From Pseudoxanthomonas sp. (lineage in GTDB: Bacteria > Pseudomonadota > Gammaproteobacteria > Xanthomonadales > Xanthomonadaceae), in contig NZ_CP114978.1 in assembly GCF_027498035.1 (NCBI RefSeq), positions 4,015,957 to 4,079,956 on the forward strand: a stretch of DNA of 64,000 nucleotides, in the 5' to 3' direction. Made by a program: the position numbers and the translations under genes. Positions within the stretch are counted from its first letter, which is position 1; each line of letters opens with the position of its first letter. Below the pieces are notes generated by a model. It was given only the letters and a program-made list of their open reading frames with translations. It made no database searches and had not been told where the DNA came from. This document shows positions 23,311 through 32,851 of this stretch, in pieces.

Positions 23311-24066
23311 ATGGGCTGGACGTTGCGGTTTCAGGGCGTGGGTAACGCTTCGGCGGTCGAGCTGGGCTCGGCCATGGCGACCATCGAACGCGATGGCGCG
23401 CCGTGGCTGACCATCGACTGCGGTAGCGAAGGGCTGGACGCCTTCATCCACCAGTACGGCCATGCGCCGTCGGCGGTGTTCGTCACCCATACGCACCTGG
23501 ACCATGTGGGCGGCTTCGAGCGCCTGTTCGGCAGCGCCTACTTCAATCCCGCGCGACGTGGCCAGGTGCTGCTGTACGTGCCGGCGCCGATCGTGCCACT
23601 GCTGCACCAGCGGGTGGCCGAATATCCGAACGTGCTGGCCGAGGGTGGGGCGAACTTCTGGGATGCCTTCCGGCTGGTGCCGGTGGGCGAGGCGTTCTGG
23701 CACGACGGCGTGCGGCTGGAAGTCTTCCCGGTGCGCCACCACTGGCCGCAGACCGCGTTCGGCCTGCGCCTGCCGCATTCGCTGGTGTGGACCGGCGACA
23801 CCAGGCCGATCCCCGAGATGCTGGCCCGTTACGCGGATGCCGATGAAGTGATCGCCCACGACTGCGCGCTGCACGGCAATCCTTCGCACAGCGGCATCGA
23901 GGATCTGGAGCGTGAATACGCGCCGGCGCTGCTGGCCCGCTGCGTGCTGTACCACCACGCCAGTGCCGACGAGGCCCAGGCACTGGTCGCACGCGGCCAC
24001 CACGTGGCATTGCCGGGGCAGGTGCTAGCCTTGCGTGACCCGATGGTGGACCACACCTTCTCCTGA
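23311..24066 (+). CDS. MBL-fold metallo-hydrolase
   Basis: IDCG, THTHLDH (HxHxDH), GDT, HDC, SHSG. Confidence 0.85.
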   Translation: MGWTLRFQGVGNASAVELGSAMATIERDGAPWLTIDCGSEGLDAFIHQYGHAPSAVFVTHTHLDHVGGFERLFGSAYFNPARRGQVLLYVPAPIVPLLHQRVAEYPNVLAEGGANFWDAFRLVPVGEAFWHDGVRLEVFPVRHHWPQTAFGLRLPHSLVWTGDTRPIPEMLARYADADEVIAHDCALHGNPSHSGIEDLEREYAPALLARCVLYHHASADEAQALVARGHHVALPGQVLALRDPMVDHTFS

Positions 24067-24067
24067 C

Positions 24068-25093
24068 ATGAACGCTGTCCTGCGCACGCCCGAACTGCCG
24101 CTGGATCTGCGCGGCCGGCCGCTGCGCGACCTGCGCCTGTCGGTGATCGAAGCCTGCAACTTCCGCTGCGGCTACTGCATGCCGGCCGACAAGGTGCCGG
24201 ACGATTACGGGCTGGAAGCGGCCTCGCGCCTGTCCTTCGACCAGATCGAGGTGCTGGTGCGCAGCTTTGCCCGGGTCGGGGTGAACAAGCTGCGCCTGAC
24301 CGGCGGCGAGCCGCTGCTGCGCAAGCGCCTGCCCGAACTGGTCGAGCGGTTGGCGCGGATTCCCGGCATCGATGATCTGGCCATGACCACCAACGGCTCG
24401 CTGCTGGCGCGCCACGCACAGGCGCTGCACGACGCGGGGTTGCGCCGGATCACCATCAGCCTGGATGCGCTGGAGCCGGCGCGCTTTGCCGAAATGTCCG
24501 GTGGGCGCGGGCAGATCGACGCGGTGCTGGCGGGTATCGACGCAGCCAGGGCCGCCGGGTTTTCCAGCCTCAAGCTCAACTGCGTGGTCCAGCGCGGGGT
24601 CAATGAAGACCAGGTGCTGCCGTTGGTCGAACACTTCCGCGGCAGCGGCCATGTGTTGCGCTTCATCGAATTCATGGACGTGGGCACCTGCAATGGCTGG
24701 CAATCCGGCCAGGTGGTGTCCTCGGCCACGCTGCGCGACCGCGTCCACGCGCGCTGGCCGTTGCATGCGCTCGATGCGCACTATCGTGGCGAGGTGGCCG
24801 AGCGACATGCGTTCGACGATGGCGCCGGCGAGATCGGGTTTGTGTCTTCGGTGACCGCGCCGTTCTGCGGCGACTGCCATCGCGCCCGCGTCTCGGCCGA
24901 CGGCCAGCTTTATACCTGCCTGTTTTCCGGTGCCGGCAGCGACCTGCGGCCGGCGCTGGGGCAGGGCGAAACCGCATTGGCCGAGCACCTGGCCGGCCTG
25001 TGGTCGCGACGCGGCGACCGCTACAGCGAGATTCGCGGCCAGGCCGCGCAGCCACCACGCAAGCGCGTGGAAATGTTCTTGATTGGGGGTTGA
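24068..25093 (+). CDS. moaA: GTP 3',8-cyclase MoaA
   Basis: CNFRCGYC radical SAM motif, second Cys cluster CGDCHRAR...C, C-terminal GG. Confidence 0.96.
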   Translation: MNAVLRTPELPLDLRGRPLRDLRLSVIEACNFRCGYCMPADKVPDDYGLEAASRLSFDQIEVLVRSFARVGVNKLRLTGGEPLLRKRLPELVERLARIPGIDDLAMTTNGSLLARHAQALHDAGLRRITISLDALEPARFAEMSGGRGQIDAVLAGIDAARAAGFSSLKLNCVVQRGVNEDQVLPLVEHFRGSGHVLRFIEFMDVGTCNGWQSGQVVSSATLRDRVHARWPLHALDAHYRGEVAERHAFDDGAGEIGFVSSVTAPFCGDCHRARVSADGQLYTCLFSGAGSDLRPALGQGETALAEHLAGLWSRRGDRYSEIRGQAAQPPRKRVEMFLIGG

Positions 25094-25598
25094 GTGAGTG
25101 CTGACGAACCGCGTCTGGTCGATGGGCTGACGCACCTGGATGCCGCCGGCCAGCCGGCGATGGTGGATGTGTCGGGCAAGGCCGTGACCGCGCGCCAGGC
25201 CACGGCCGAATGCGCCGTCGTGTTTCCGGCCGGAGGTCGCCCAGCAGCTGCGGCGTGATGCGCTGCGCAGCGCCAAGGGCGGCATCGTCGATACGGCAGT
25301 GATCGCCGGGACCATGGCGGTCAAGCGCACCCACGAGCTGATCCCGTTCTGCCATCCGCTGCCGATCGACGGCTGCAGGCTGTCCATCGATTGGAGCGGC
25401 GAGCACGCGCTGCGGATCGAATGCACGGTGCGCACCACCCACCGTACTGGCGTGGAAATGGAAGCCATGACCGGCGCCACGGTCGCGGCGCTGACGGTCT
25501 ATGACATGTGCAAGGCGCTGTCGCACGACATCGTGCTCGGCCCGGCGCGGCTGATCGGCAAGCACGGCGGCAAGCGCGATTTCGGGGTCGGCGCATGA
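25094..25598 (+). pseudogene. moaC: Cyclic pyranopterin monophosphate synthase MoaC with +1 frameshift (pseudogene or sequencing error)
   Basis: Frame from GTG 25094 gives [18 protein letters not shown]...VFP then TGA at 25256; the +1 frame continues EVAQQL...LIPFCHPL...TGVEMEAM...YDMCKA. Confidence 0.88.
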
Positions 25599-25837
25599 CC
25601 GGCGTGCAGGTGCTGTACTTCGCCAGCCTGCGCCAGGGCGCGGGCGTGGAAACCGAAAACGTACAGACCCACGCACGGGACCTGGCCGGCCTGTACGCGG
25701 AGTTGCGCGCCCGGCATGGATTCGCATGGGAGCCCGCGCATCTGCGCGTGGCGGTGGACGGCGCGTTCGCGCGCTGGGACGATGCGCTCGCCGAAGGCGC
25801 GCAGGTCGCCTTCATTCCGCCCGTCAGTGGAGGCTGA
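25595..25837 (+). CDS. moaD: Molybdopterin synthase sulfur carrier MoaD
   Basis: [10 protein letters not shown]-terminal AFIPPVSGG. Confidence 0.93.
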   Translation: MTGVQVLYFASLRQGAGVETENVQTHARDLAGLYAELRARHGFAWEPAHLRVAVDGAFARWDDALAEGAQVAFIPPVSGG

Positions 25838-25844
25838 CCCACCC

Positions 25845-26279
25845 ATGCCACGTTTCGCACTGACCACCGATGCCATCGAGACCGCGCCGCTGCGCGCGCA
25901 ACTGCTGGATGCCCGCGCGGGCGCTTTCGCCAGCTTCGAAGGCTGGGTGCGCGACAACAACCAGGGCCAGCGCGTGTCCGGCCTGCATTACCAGGCTTAC
26001 GTCGAACTGGCCCAGGCCGAAGGCGAAAAGGTCATCGACGAGGCGCTGTCGAAATTCGACATCCTCGACGCGCGCTGCGTGCACCGCACTGGCGAACTGG
26101 CGATCGGCGAGATGGCGGTGTGGGTGGGCGTGAGTGCGGGTCATCGCGATGGCGCATTCGCCGCCTGCCGCTGGATCATCGACCAGGCCAAGCTGCGCGT
26201 GCCGATCTGGAAGCGGGAGCGCTACGCCAGCGGTACCGACGAATGGCTGCACCCGCAGGCGCCTGAAATCGCGGATTGA
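25845..26279 (+). CDS. moaE: Molybdopterin synthase catalytic subunit MoaE
   Basis: GAFASFEGWVR, HRTGEL, HRDGAF, PIWKRE. Confidence 0.94.
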   Translation: MPRFALTTDAIETAPLRAQLLDARAGAFASFEGWVRDNNQGQRVSGLHYQAYVELAQAEGEKVIDEALSKFDILDARCVHRTGELAIGEMAVWVGVSAGHRDGAFAACRWIIDQAKLRVPIWKRERYASGTDEWLHPQAPEIAD

Positions 26280-26290
26280 CCCCAGCCTTT

Positions 26291-26385
26291 TGTAGAGCGG
26301 AGCTTGCTCCGCTGCTCTACGGCCAGATCGCATGAAAGCCCCAGCGGAGCCCCCAAGATGGGATTGCCACAAGCTCCGCTCTACA
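26291..26385. repeat. REP doublet (REPIN); right REP carries a 20-nt insert
   Basis: GTAG-AGCGGAGC-TT-GCTCCGCT and inverted copy agcggag[cccccaagatgggattgcca]caagctccgctctac. Confidence 0.85.
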
Positions 26386-26421
26386 CAAGCGGCGCCGCCA
26401 CGGATTCCCGGGTCCCAAAAA

Positions 26422-26532
26422 GGTGGCGGCCCCGCCGGCTGACCTCGGCGCCCGCATCAGTCGATACCGTTGCTGCCTTCCGGCCCTGGCGGAGTTTTCG
26501 ACCTAGCGTCGCGAGGGGCCGACGGGGCCACC
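26422..26532 (-). ncRNA. ffs: Signal recognition particle 4.5S RNA
   Basis: Minus strand CAGGGCCGGAAGGCAGCA helix-8 motif, paired 5'/3' ends, about 111 nt, then U-run. Confidence 0.93.
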
Positions 26533-26602
26533 ATAGACGCGGGCCGCGCATGAGGCGCGGCCCGGGTTTGCTGCAATCATTGTTGGAAGCAATGATCAAA
26601 AC

Positions 26603-26695
26603 TGGCGGAGAGAGGGGGATTCGAACCCCCGAAGCGCGGTTTAGACGCTTACACACTTTCCAGGCGTGCTCCTTCAACCGCTCGGACACCTCTCC
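26603..26695 (-). tRNA. tRNA-Ser(GGA)
   Basis: Cloverleaf, anticodon CT-GGA-AA, long variable arm, CCA. Confidence 0.96.
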
Positions 26696-26873
26696 GGGAC
26701 CTGGATACGACCGCTGGCCGTACTCAGGGGCGCAGATTCTAGCCGCGCGCGGGATTTAAAGCGAGCCCTCGCGGCAGCTTGCATTGCTGGCGGTCATTCA
26801 GTTCCCGGGCCCGTGGCGTCCGGCCTGGCATCCCGTCCTTGGAACGTTCCACCTGGCGCGGCACAATGACGCC

Positions 26874-28793
26874 ATGTCCTATCTCGTCCTGGCCCGTAAA
26901 TGGCGCCCCAAGCGTTTCGCCGAGCTGGTTGGGCAGGAACACGTGGTCCGCGCGCTTTCCAATGCACTGGATAGTGGTCGCATCCACCACGCCTTCCTGT
27001 TCACCGGCACGCGTGGTGTGGGCAAGACCACCATCGCGCGCATCTTCGCCAAATCGCTGAACTGCGAGACCGGCACCAGCGCCGACCCGTGCGGCCAGTG
27101 CCCGGCCTGCCTGGACATCGATTCGGGCCGCTACATCGACCTGCTGGAAATCGACGCCGCGTCCAACACCGGCGTGGACGACGTGCGCGAGGTGATCGAA
27201 AATGCCCAGTACATGCCCTCGCGCGGCAAGTACAAGGTCTACCTGATCGACGAAGTGCACATGCTCTCCAAGGCGGCGTTCAATGCGCTGTTGAAGACGC
27301 TGGAAGAGCCACCGGAGCACGTGAAGTTCCTGCTGGCCACGACCGATCCGCAGAAGCTGCCGGTCACCGTGCTCAGCCGCTGCCTGCAGTTCAACCTCAA
27401 GCGCCTGGACGAGGAACAGATCGGTGGCCAGATCACCCGGATCCTGGCGGCCGAGCAGATTCCTTCGGAAGAAGGCGCCGTGCGCCAGATCGCCAAGGCG
27501 GCCGATGGATCGTTGCGCGACGGACTGTCGCTGCTGGACCAGGCCATCGCCTACACCGGCGGCGAACTGGGCGATGCCGGCGTGCGCACGATGCTGGGCA
27601 GCGTCGACCGAACCCAGGTCAGCGCGCTGCTGCAGGCGCTGGCTGATGGTGATGGTGGCCAGCTGATGGCGACCATCGGCGCGGTGGCCGAGTTTTCGCC
27701 CGACTGGGGCGGCGTGCTGGAGGCGGTGGCCGAAGCGCTGCATCGCATCCAGGTGCGCCAGCTGGTACCGGGCGTGGCGATCGAGGCCGAGGGTTTCGAT
27801 GCCAGCGTCTTCGCCGGGCGCCTGCGGCCGGAAGTGGTGCAGCTGTGGTACCAGATGGCGCTCAACGGGCGCCGCGACCTGTACCTGGCGCCGAGCCCGC
27901 GTGCCGGCTTCGAAATGAGCGTGCTGCGCATGCTGGCGTTCCGTCCGGCATCGGCTGGCGACATGGCGCCAGCAGGCGCTGCGCCAGGGCGTTCTTCCGT
28001 GGCATCGAGTGGCGCGGGAACCTCGGCGACGGGGTCGGCAGCGGCTTCGGCAGCGGCGGCTTCAGCGCCGGACCCTGTGCCGGTCGCACCTGAAGCCGCA
28101 ACGGCGCCGCCTGCGCCGCCCGAACAACATCAGTCGGCGATGCCGGTTGCGGCTAACAGGCCTGCGCCTCCCGCCATGGATGACACCCCGCCGTGGGACG
28201 TGCCTGCGCCCAAGCCCGTCGCCAGCGCGCCCGTGGCGTCCGCCGCCGCGCCGAAAGCGGCAGCGCCCGCGCCCAGCGTCGACGACGTGCCACCGTGGGA
28301 CGTGCCCGGGCAGCCGGTCGTGGCCACCGCTTCGCCGGCCGCGCCGCAAATCGCAGTCGACACTGCACCGGTGCATGCGCCGGTGGCAGGCCAGGGCATC
28401 GACATCGCCGATGCCGATCACTGGCTGGCGCTGGTGGCCTCGGCGCAGTTGACCGGTCCGTCCAAGCAGCTGGCCGCCAATGCTGCGTTTTCCAGCTATG
28501 GCGATGCGGTGCTGCGACTGTCGCTGGCGCCGGGCTTCGAATACCTGCGCACCGATCGTTCGATTGGTGATCTTTCCGATGCGCTGTCCAGTGCGCTCGG
28601 TCATGCGCCGAAGATCGTGTTCGAAGCTGCAGCCGACCACGGCGAAACCCTGGCCACGCGCGATGCGCGCAAGCAGGACGAGCGTCGCTCTTCGGCGGAA
28701 GAAAGCTTCATGAACCATCCCGACGTGCAGCGCCTGATCGAACAGCAGGGCGCGCGCGTGGTCCCCGATTCCATCCGACCTTTTGACGAGTAA
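26874..28793 (+). CDS. dnaX: DNA polymerase III subunit tau/gamma
   Basis: LARKWRP, GTRGVGKT, DEVHML, SRC; long Pro/Ala linker. Confidence 0.96.
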   Translation: MSYLVLARKWRPKRFAELVGQEHVVRALSNALDSGRIHHAFLFTGTRGVGKTTIARIFAKSLNCETGTSADPCGQCPACLDIDSGRYIDLLEIDAASNTGVDDVREVIENAQYMPSRGKYKVYLIDEVHMLSKAAFNALLKTLEEPPEHVKFLLATTDPQKLPVTVLSRCLQFNLKRLDEEQIGGQITRILAAEQIPSEEGAVRQIAKAADGSLRDGLSLLDQAIAYTGGELGDAGVRTMLGSVDRTQVSALLQALADGDGGQLMATIGAVAEFSPDWGGVLEAVAEALHRIQVRQLVPGVAIEAEGFDASVFAGRLRPEVVQLWYQMALNGRRDLYLAPSPRAGFEMSVLRMLAFRPASAGDMAPAGAAPGRSSVASSGAGTSATGSAAASAAAASAPDPVPVAPEAATAPPAPPEQHQSAMPVAANRPAPPAMDDTPPWDVPAPKPVASAPVASAAAPKAAAPAPSVDDVPPWDVPGQPVVATASPAAPQIAVDTAPVHAPVAGQGIDIADADHWLALVASAQLTGPSKQLAANAAFSSYGDAVLRLSLAPGFEYLRTDRSIGDLSDALSSALGHAPKIVFEAAADHGETLATRDARKQDERRSSAEESFMNHPDVQRLIEQQGARVVPDSIRPFDE

Positions 28794-28799
28794 ACCAAG

Positions 28800-29120
28800 A
28801 TGCGTGGAAATATCGCCCAGATGATGCAGCAGGCGCAGAAGATGCAGGAAAACCTGCAGAAGGCGCAGGAAGAACTGGCCAAGCTGGAAGTCACCGGCAA
28901 CGCTGGCGGCAACATGGTCAGCGTGACCCTGACCGGTGGCAAGGAATGCCGCAAGGTCCGCATCGACCCGACCCTGCTGTCCGATGCGGAGATGCTGGAA
29001 GACCTGATCGCTGCGGCCTTCAACGATGCGTCCAACAAGATCGACGCCGAGTCCAAGACGCGCATGGGTTCGGCCACCGCCGGCATGCAGCTGCCGCCGG
29101 GCATGAAGCTGCCGTTCTGA
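28800..29120 (+). CDS. ybaB: Nucleoid-associated protein YbaB/EbfC
   Basis: [29 protein letters not shown]; dnaX-ybaB-recR synteny. Confidence 0.95.
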   Translation: MRGNIAQMMQQAQKMQENLQKAQEELAKLEVTGNAGGNMVSVTLTGGKECRKVRIDPTLLSDAEMLEDLIAAAFNDASNKIDAESKTRMGSATAGMQLPPGMKLPF

Positions 29121-29178
29121 GCCGGCTGACTTCCGTCTGCGCCGGCCTGGTGCCGGCGCGTCGACGCGCCGCCATCGC

Positions 29179-29775
29179 ATGAGCGCTTCGCTGCTCGAAC
29201 AACTCATCGACGCGCTGCGCGTATTGCCTGGCGTGGGCAACAAGAGTGCCCAGCGCATGGCCTACCAGCTGCTGGAGCGCGACCGCGAAGGCGGCCGGCG
29301 CCTGTCCGGTGCGCTGGCCGAGGCGATGGAGCACATCGGTCACTGCGCGCAGTGCCGTGATTTCACCGAGGGTGAGCTGTGCGCGATCTGCGCCAGCGCC
29401 AGTCGCGACCGGCACCAGTTATGCGCGGTGGAGTCACCGGCCGACCGCCTGGCGATCGAACAGGCCACCGGCTACCGCGGCCTGTATTTCATCCTGCAGG
29501 GGCGGCTGTCGCCGCTCGATGGCATCGGGCCGCGCGAGCTGGGGCTGGAGCGGCTTGCGAGGCGCCTGGCCGAAGGCGAGGTCAATGAGTTGATCATCGC
29601 CACCAATCCCACCGTGGAAGGCGAGGCTACCGCGCACTACCTCGCGCAGCTCGCACGGCAAGCCAGTGTGCGGCCGATGCGCCTGGCCCACGGCGTGCCG
29701 CTGGGCGGCGAGCTGGAATACGTGGACCGCGGCACGCTGTCGCATGCGTTCGGTTCGCGTAGCGAGATGGGCTGA
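29179..29775 (+). CDS. recR: Recombination mediator RecR
   Basis: [12 protein letters not shown]4 zinc finger, [17 protein letters not shown]. Confidence 0.96.
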   Translation: MSASLLEQLIDALRVLPGVGNKSAQRMAYQLLERDREGGRRLSGALAEAMEHIGHCAQCRDFTEGELCAICASASRDRHQLCAVESPADRLAIEQATGYRGLYFILQGRLSPLDGIGPRELGLERLARRLAEGEVNELIIATNPTVEGEATAHYLAQLARQASVRPMRLAHGVPLGGELEYVDRGTLSHAFGSRSEMG

Positions 29776-29860
29776 CGCCTCGCTCGATAGATGCGGGCTT
29801 GCCGGTCATCGCATGCAGGCTAAGCTGGTGCGCTCATCCGCAACGCAATCCGGCAGGCCC

Positions 29861-30214
29861 ATGAACGACACCATCTTCGGCAAGATCATCCGGCGCGAGA
29901 TTCCCGCCAGCATCGTCTATGAAGACGATGAGGTGCTGGCTTTCAAGGACATCGCGCCGCAAGCGCCGGTGCATGTGCTCTTCATCCCCAAGGCCGTGCA
30001 CGTGCCGACCCTGGATGACCTCAAGCCGGACCAGGCCACGCTGGTCGGAAAGCTGGTGCTGGCCGCCGCCGAATATGCGCGGCAGGAGGGCTTCGCTGAC
30101 AAAGGCTACCGCGTGGTGATGAACTGCCGCGAGGACGCGGGCCAGACCGTCTACCACATCCACCTGCACCTGCTGGCCGGTGCGCCGCTGGGGCATTTCG
30201 GCGCGGGCGGCTGA
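29861..30214 (+). CDS. HIT-family nucleotide-binding protein (HinT-like)
   Basis: HIHLH histidine triad, DIAPQAPVHVL. Confidence 0.93.
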   Translation: MNDTIFGKIIRREIPASIVYEDDEVLAFKDIAPQAPVHVLFIPKAVHVPTLDDLKPDQATLVGKLVLAAAEYARQEGFADKGYRVVMNCREDAGQTVYHIHLHLLAGAPLGHFGAGG

Positions 30215-30248
30215 TCGGCAACCCGCCACATCCATTCGCGTACAAACA

Positions 30249-30276
30249 AGAAGGGCCGGAAATCTCCGGCCCTTCT
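30249..30276. terminator. Terminator hairpin between convergent genes
   Basis: agaagggccgga / tccggcccttct. Confidence 0.75.
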
Positions 30277-30306
30277 GTGTTGGAGGGAAAGCCCTCCAGG
30301 TCGTGC

Positions 30307-30858
30307 TTACCAGCGACCCCAGCCCGGGCCCCAGCCTGGACCGCGACCCCAGCCCGGACCCCAGAACGGGTCGTAGAAGTACGGTGACGGATACGGGCGC
30401 ACTTCCACTTCGCGCACCTGCGGCCACAGATAGACCACGTCGGCATTCACGCGCGGCAGGCGGTAGTCGTAATCGCCGATGCGGGTGTTCTCGATGCCAT
30501 CGACGCGGCCGATGAAGGTGACTTCGCGACCCTTGGCAAAGATCGCCGGATCGTAAAAGCCGGCGCGGCAGGCGATGAAGCGGCCGTCGGTGGCATCGGG
30601 CGAGTCATGCGTCGGCCGGCCGGTGGCATTGAGTGGCGAGGAGATCATCTGGAAGCAGGTGCTGTCCGCACCCGGCCTGGTTTCGACAATGCGACCACCC
30701 CATCGGACCTGCGCGCCGACCTGGACGCCGCTCACCGCATCGCGCGGCGTGACGCCTGGGAACTCGCCCTGCAGGGGCTTGGGGGCCGTGGCGCAGGCGC
30801 CAAGGAGGATCGCCATGGCTCCAACAGCCAGCAAGCGGACGGAAGACGTGGTGTTCAT
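30307..30858 (-). CDS. slp: Slp-family outer membrane lipoprotein
   Basis: Lipobox LGAC, VRWGG, GRFIA, FYDPA; W/G/P-rich tail. Confidence 0.85.
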   Translation of the reverse strand: MNTTSSVRLLAVGAMAILLGACATAPKPLQGEFPGVTPRDAVSGVQVGAQVRWGGRIVETRPGADSTCFQMISSPLNATGRPTHDSPDATDGRFIACRAGFYDPAIFAKGREVTFIGRVDGIENTRIGDYDYRLPRVNADVVYLWPQVREVEVRPYPSPYFYDPFWGPGWGRGPGWGPGWGRW

Positions 30859-30874
30859 ACAGGCCTCGCAGTGT

Positions 30875-32851
30875 TCACGGACGGTGCCGGCGCAGATCGC
30901 GTATCAGCGCCCGGACGTCCGCGTAGGTTGAAGCGTAACGCGCTTGCGCGAAACGGTGGCTGAGTGAGATGAGGTTCTCGTTTGTGGCAGGACGGTCACT
31001 TCGCGCCACCGCGACGCGCTGTGCCCAGGTCTGTGCCGGTTCGAAGGGTGCCGGTTGCAGGCCCAGGCGACGATAGCGATGGCCCAGGCGATGCCATTGG
31101 CGCAGCAGTGGATCGGCCTCGCGTTCGCCGCGCGCCAGCAGCCAGGCCATGCCGAGCAGCGTGGCGCCGCCGGCCAGTGCGAACAGCAGGCCGAGCCTGC
31201 TCTGGTCCAGGCTGTCCACGCCGAAGGGTTTGAGCAGCTGGCTCTGGCGTTCGGCATTGAAGCCCAACACCAGGTTGTTCCAGTTGCTGCGCAGCCAGTC
31301 ACTGACCTGGGCGTAGCGGCTCAGGTTGATCAGGCTTTCGCGGCCATCGTTGCCGGCCTGGGCGCGGTTCTCGATGGTGTCGTAGATGCGTTCGGGCGCG
31401 ACTGCGGCGGTCGGATCCACGCGCACCCAGCCACGCTGCGGTAGCCAGACTTCGGTCCAGGCATGGGCGTCCTGGCGACGGATGATCCAGTAGCCACCAC
31501 CCATGGGATTGCGCACGCCGCCGACATAGCCGGTCACCACGCGCGCCGGGACACCGGCAGCGCGCATCAGGATCACGAACGAGGAGCTGAAGTGTTCGCA
31601 AAAACCCTGCCTGGTCTGGAACAGGAACTCGTCGGCGATGTCGCGTCCGGGCAGCGGCACATCCAGCGTGTAGCTGAAGTCCTTGCGGATCCATGCAAGC
31701 GCGCGCTGGACGATGGCTGCATCGCCATCAGGCCCGGCTTCGGCACGCCACTGCTTGCCGAGCGCAATGGTGCGCGGGTTGAACCCGGGCGGCAGGCGCA
31801 GGGCCTGGCGCAGGACCCCGGGCTGAGGTTGTGGATCGAAGGCCGACACGCCCTGCGATTGCAGCCGCCAGCGGGTCAGTGACGACAGCGGACGCTGCGC
31901 GGTCGTTTCGTAGTCGTCGGACAGGCGCGCGCCGTCGGGTGCGGTCGAAGCCAGATCCAGTGCGATCAGCTGGCGGCGATCGGTGGGTTCGTAATCCAGC
32001 TGGTAGTCGTAATGCGGGCCCTGGCGCGTCACCGGAACCGGTGCGCGTGGCCAGTCGGCCTGTCGCCAGGTGCGGCCATCGAATTCGGTCATCACCGGTC
32101 CGCGCCAGTACATTTGCGACGGGGGAGGTGTTGGTCCGAAGAACGTCACGCGTGCGGCTGGCGTGTCATCGGCCAGCAGGTCGATCCATTCGCCCGGACG
32201 CATCGTGTCCGACAATCCAGGTCGGCCGACCGCGCGGTCCGGCAATCCCCACAACGGGCTTGCCAGCCGTGGGAACAGCCAGAAGGTCAGCAGCACCAGT
32301 GGCAGGCCCATCAACACCAACCGGCCGATCTGCCACGGATTGGTGCGGCCGCTGCTGGCGCCGCTGCTCGACAACAGGCCCGACTCCAGTGCGGCCAGGC
32401 GCAGCATCGCTACCAGTGCGCACAGCACCGATACCAGGCCGAGCGCCATCGTCATCGGCCCCTGGTCGAGCAGGAAAGCGGCGAACGGGGCGAACAAGGC
32501 GAACCCGACCAGGCTGCGTCCGTCACGCAGCGAGGTCGTCTCGGTTGGCTTGATCGCCAGCATCGCCGCCAGCAGCGCACAGCCGGTATCGCGGCCGAAG
32601 CGCGGACCTGCGGCCCACAGCACCGCGGCCAATGCCGCGATGGCCAGCAGGATGCGCAGCACCAGCGGTATCGGCCGTCGCCACGACACCGAGGCGCTCA
32701 GGACGCCGACCACGCCGACGGCGATTGCGGTCATTCCGGGCAGCTGCAGCAACAACGGCAGCAGCCCGAACGCGGCAGAGGCCAGCGCCCACAGCCGGCT
32801 GTGGGCATCCAGCGGGAACGCGCGTGACGCGGTGCGCGTGCTGCTACTCAT
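30875..32851 (-). CDS. Membrane transglutaminase-like protein (DUF3488/TgpA-like)
   Basis: N-terminal TMs, YWRGPV, GFCEHF, AHAWTEV, VRVDPT triad motifs. Confidence 0.88.
   Translation of the reverse strand: MSSSTRTASRAFPLDAHSRLWALASAAFGLLPLLLQLPGMTAIAVGVVGVLSASVSWRRPIPLVLRILLAIAALAAVLWAAGPRFGRDTGCALLAAMLAIKPTETTSLRDGRSLVGFALFAPFAAFLLDQGPMTMALGLVSVLCALVAMLRLAALESGLLSSSGASSGRTNPWQIGRLVLMGLPLVLLTFWLFPRLASPLWGLPDRAVGRPGLSDTMRPGEWIDLLADDTPAARVTFFGPTPPPSQMYWRGPVMTEFDGRTWRQADWPRAPVPVTRQGPHYDYQLDYEPTDRRQLIALDLASTAPDGARLSDDYETTAQRPLSSLTRWRLQSQGVSAFDPQPQPGVLRQALRLPPGFNPRTIALGKQWRAEAGPDGDAAIVQRALAWIRKDFSYTLDVPLPGRDIADEFLFQTRQGFCEHFSSSFVILMRAAGVPARVVTGYVGGVRNPMGGGYWIIRRQDAHAWTEVWLPQRGWVRVDPTAAVAPERIYDTIENRAQAGNDGRESLINLSRYAQVSDWLRSNWNNLVLGFNAERQSQLLKPFGVDSLDQSRLGLLFALAGGATLLGMAWLLARGEREADPLLRQWHRLGHRYRRLGLQPAPFEPAQTWAQRVAVARSDRPATNENLISLSHRFAQARYASTYADVRALIRDLRRHRP

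Noticed and set aside
23900-24067. Moco riboswitch before moaA
   Set aside because: moaA starts 1 nt after the upstream stop; no intergenic space or motif seen
26540-26565. GC hairpin between tRNA-Ser and ffs
   Set aside because: Consistent with precursor processing of a tRNA-4.5S co-transcript; nothing unusual
26874-28793. Programmed -1 frameshift producing gamma from dnaX
   Set aside because: No A-AAA-AAG slippery site seen in the sequence
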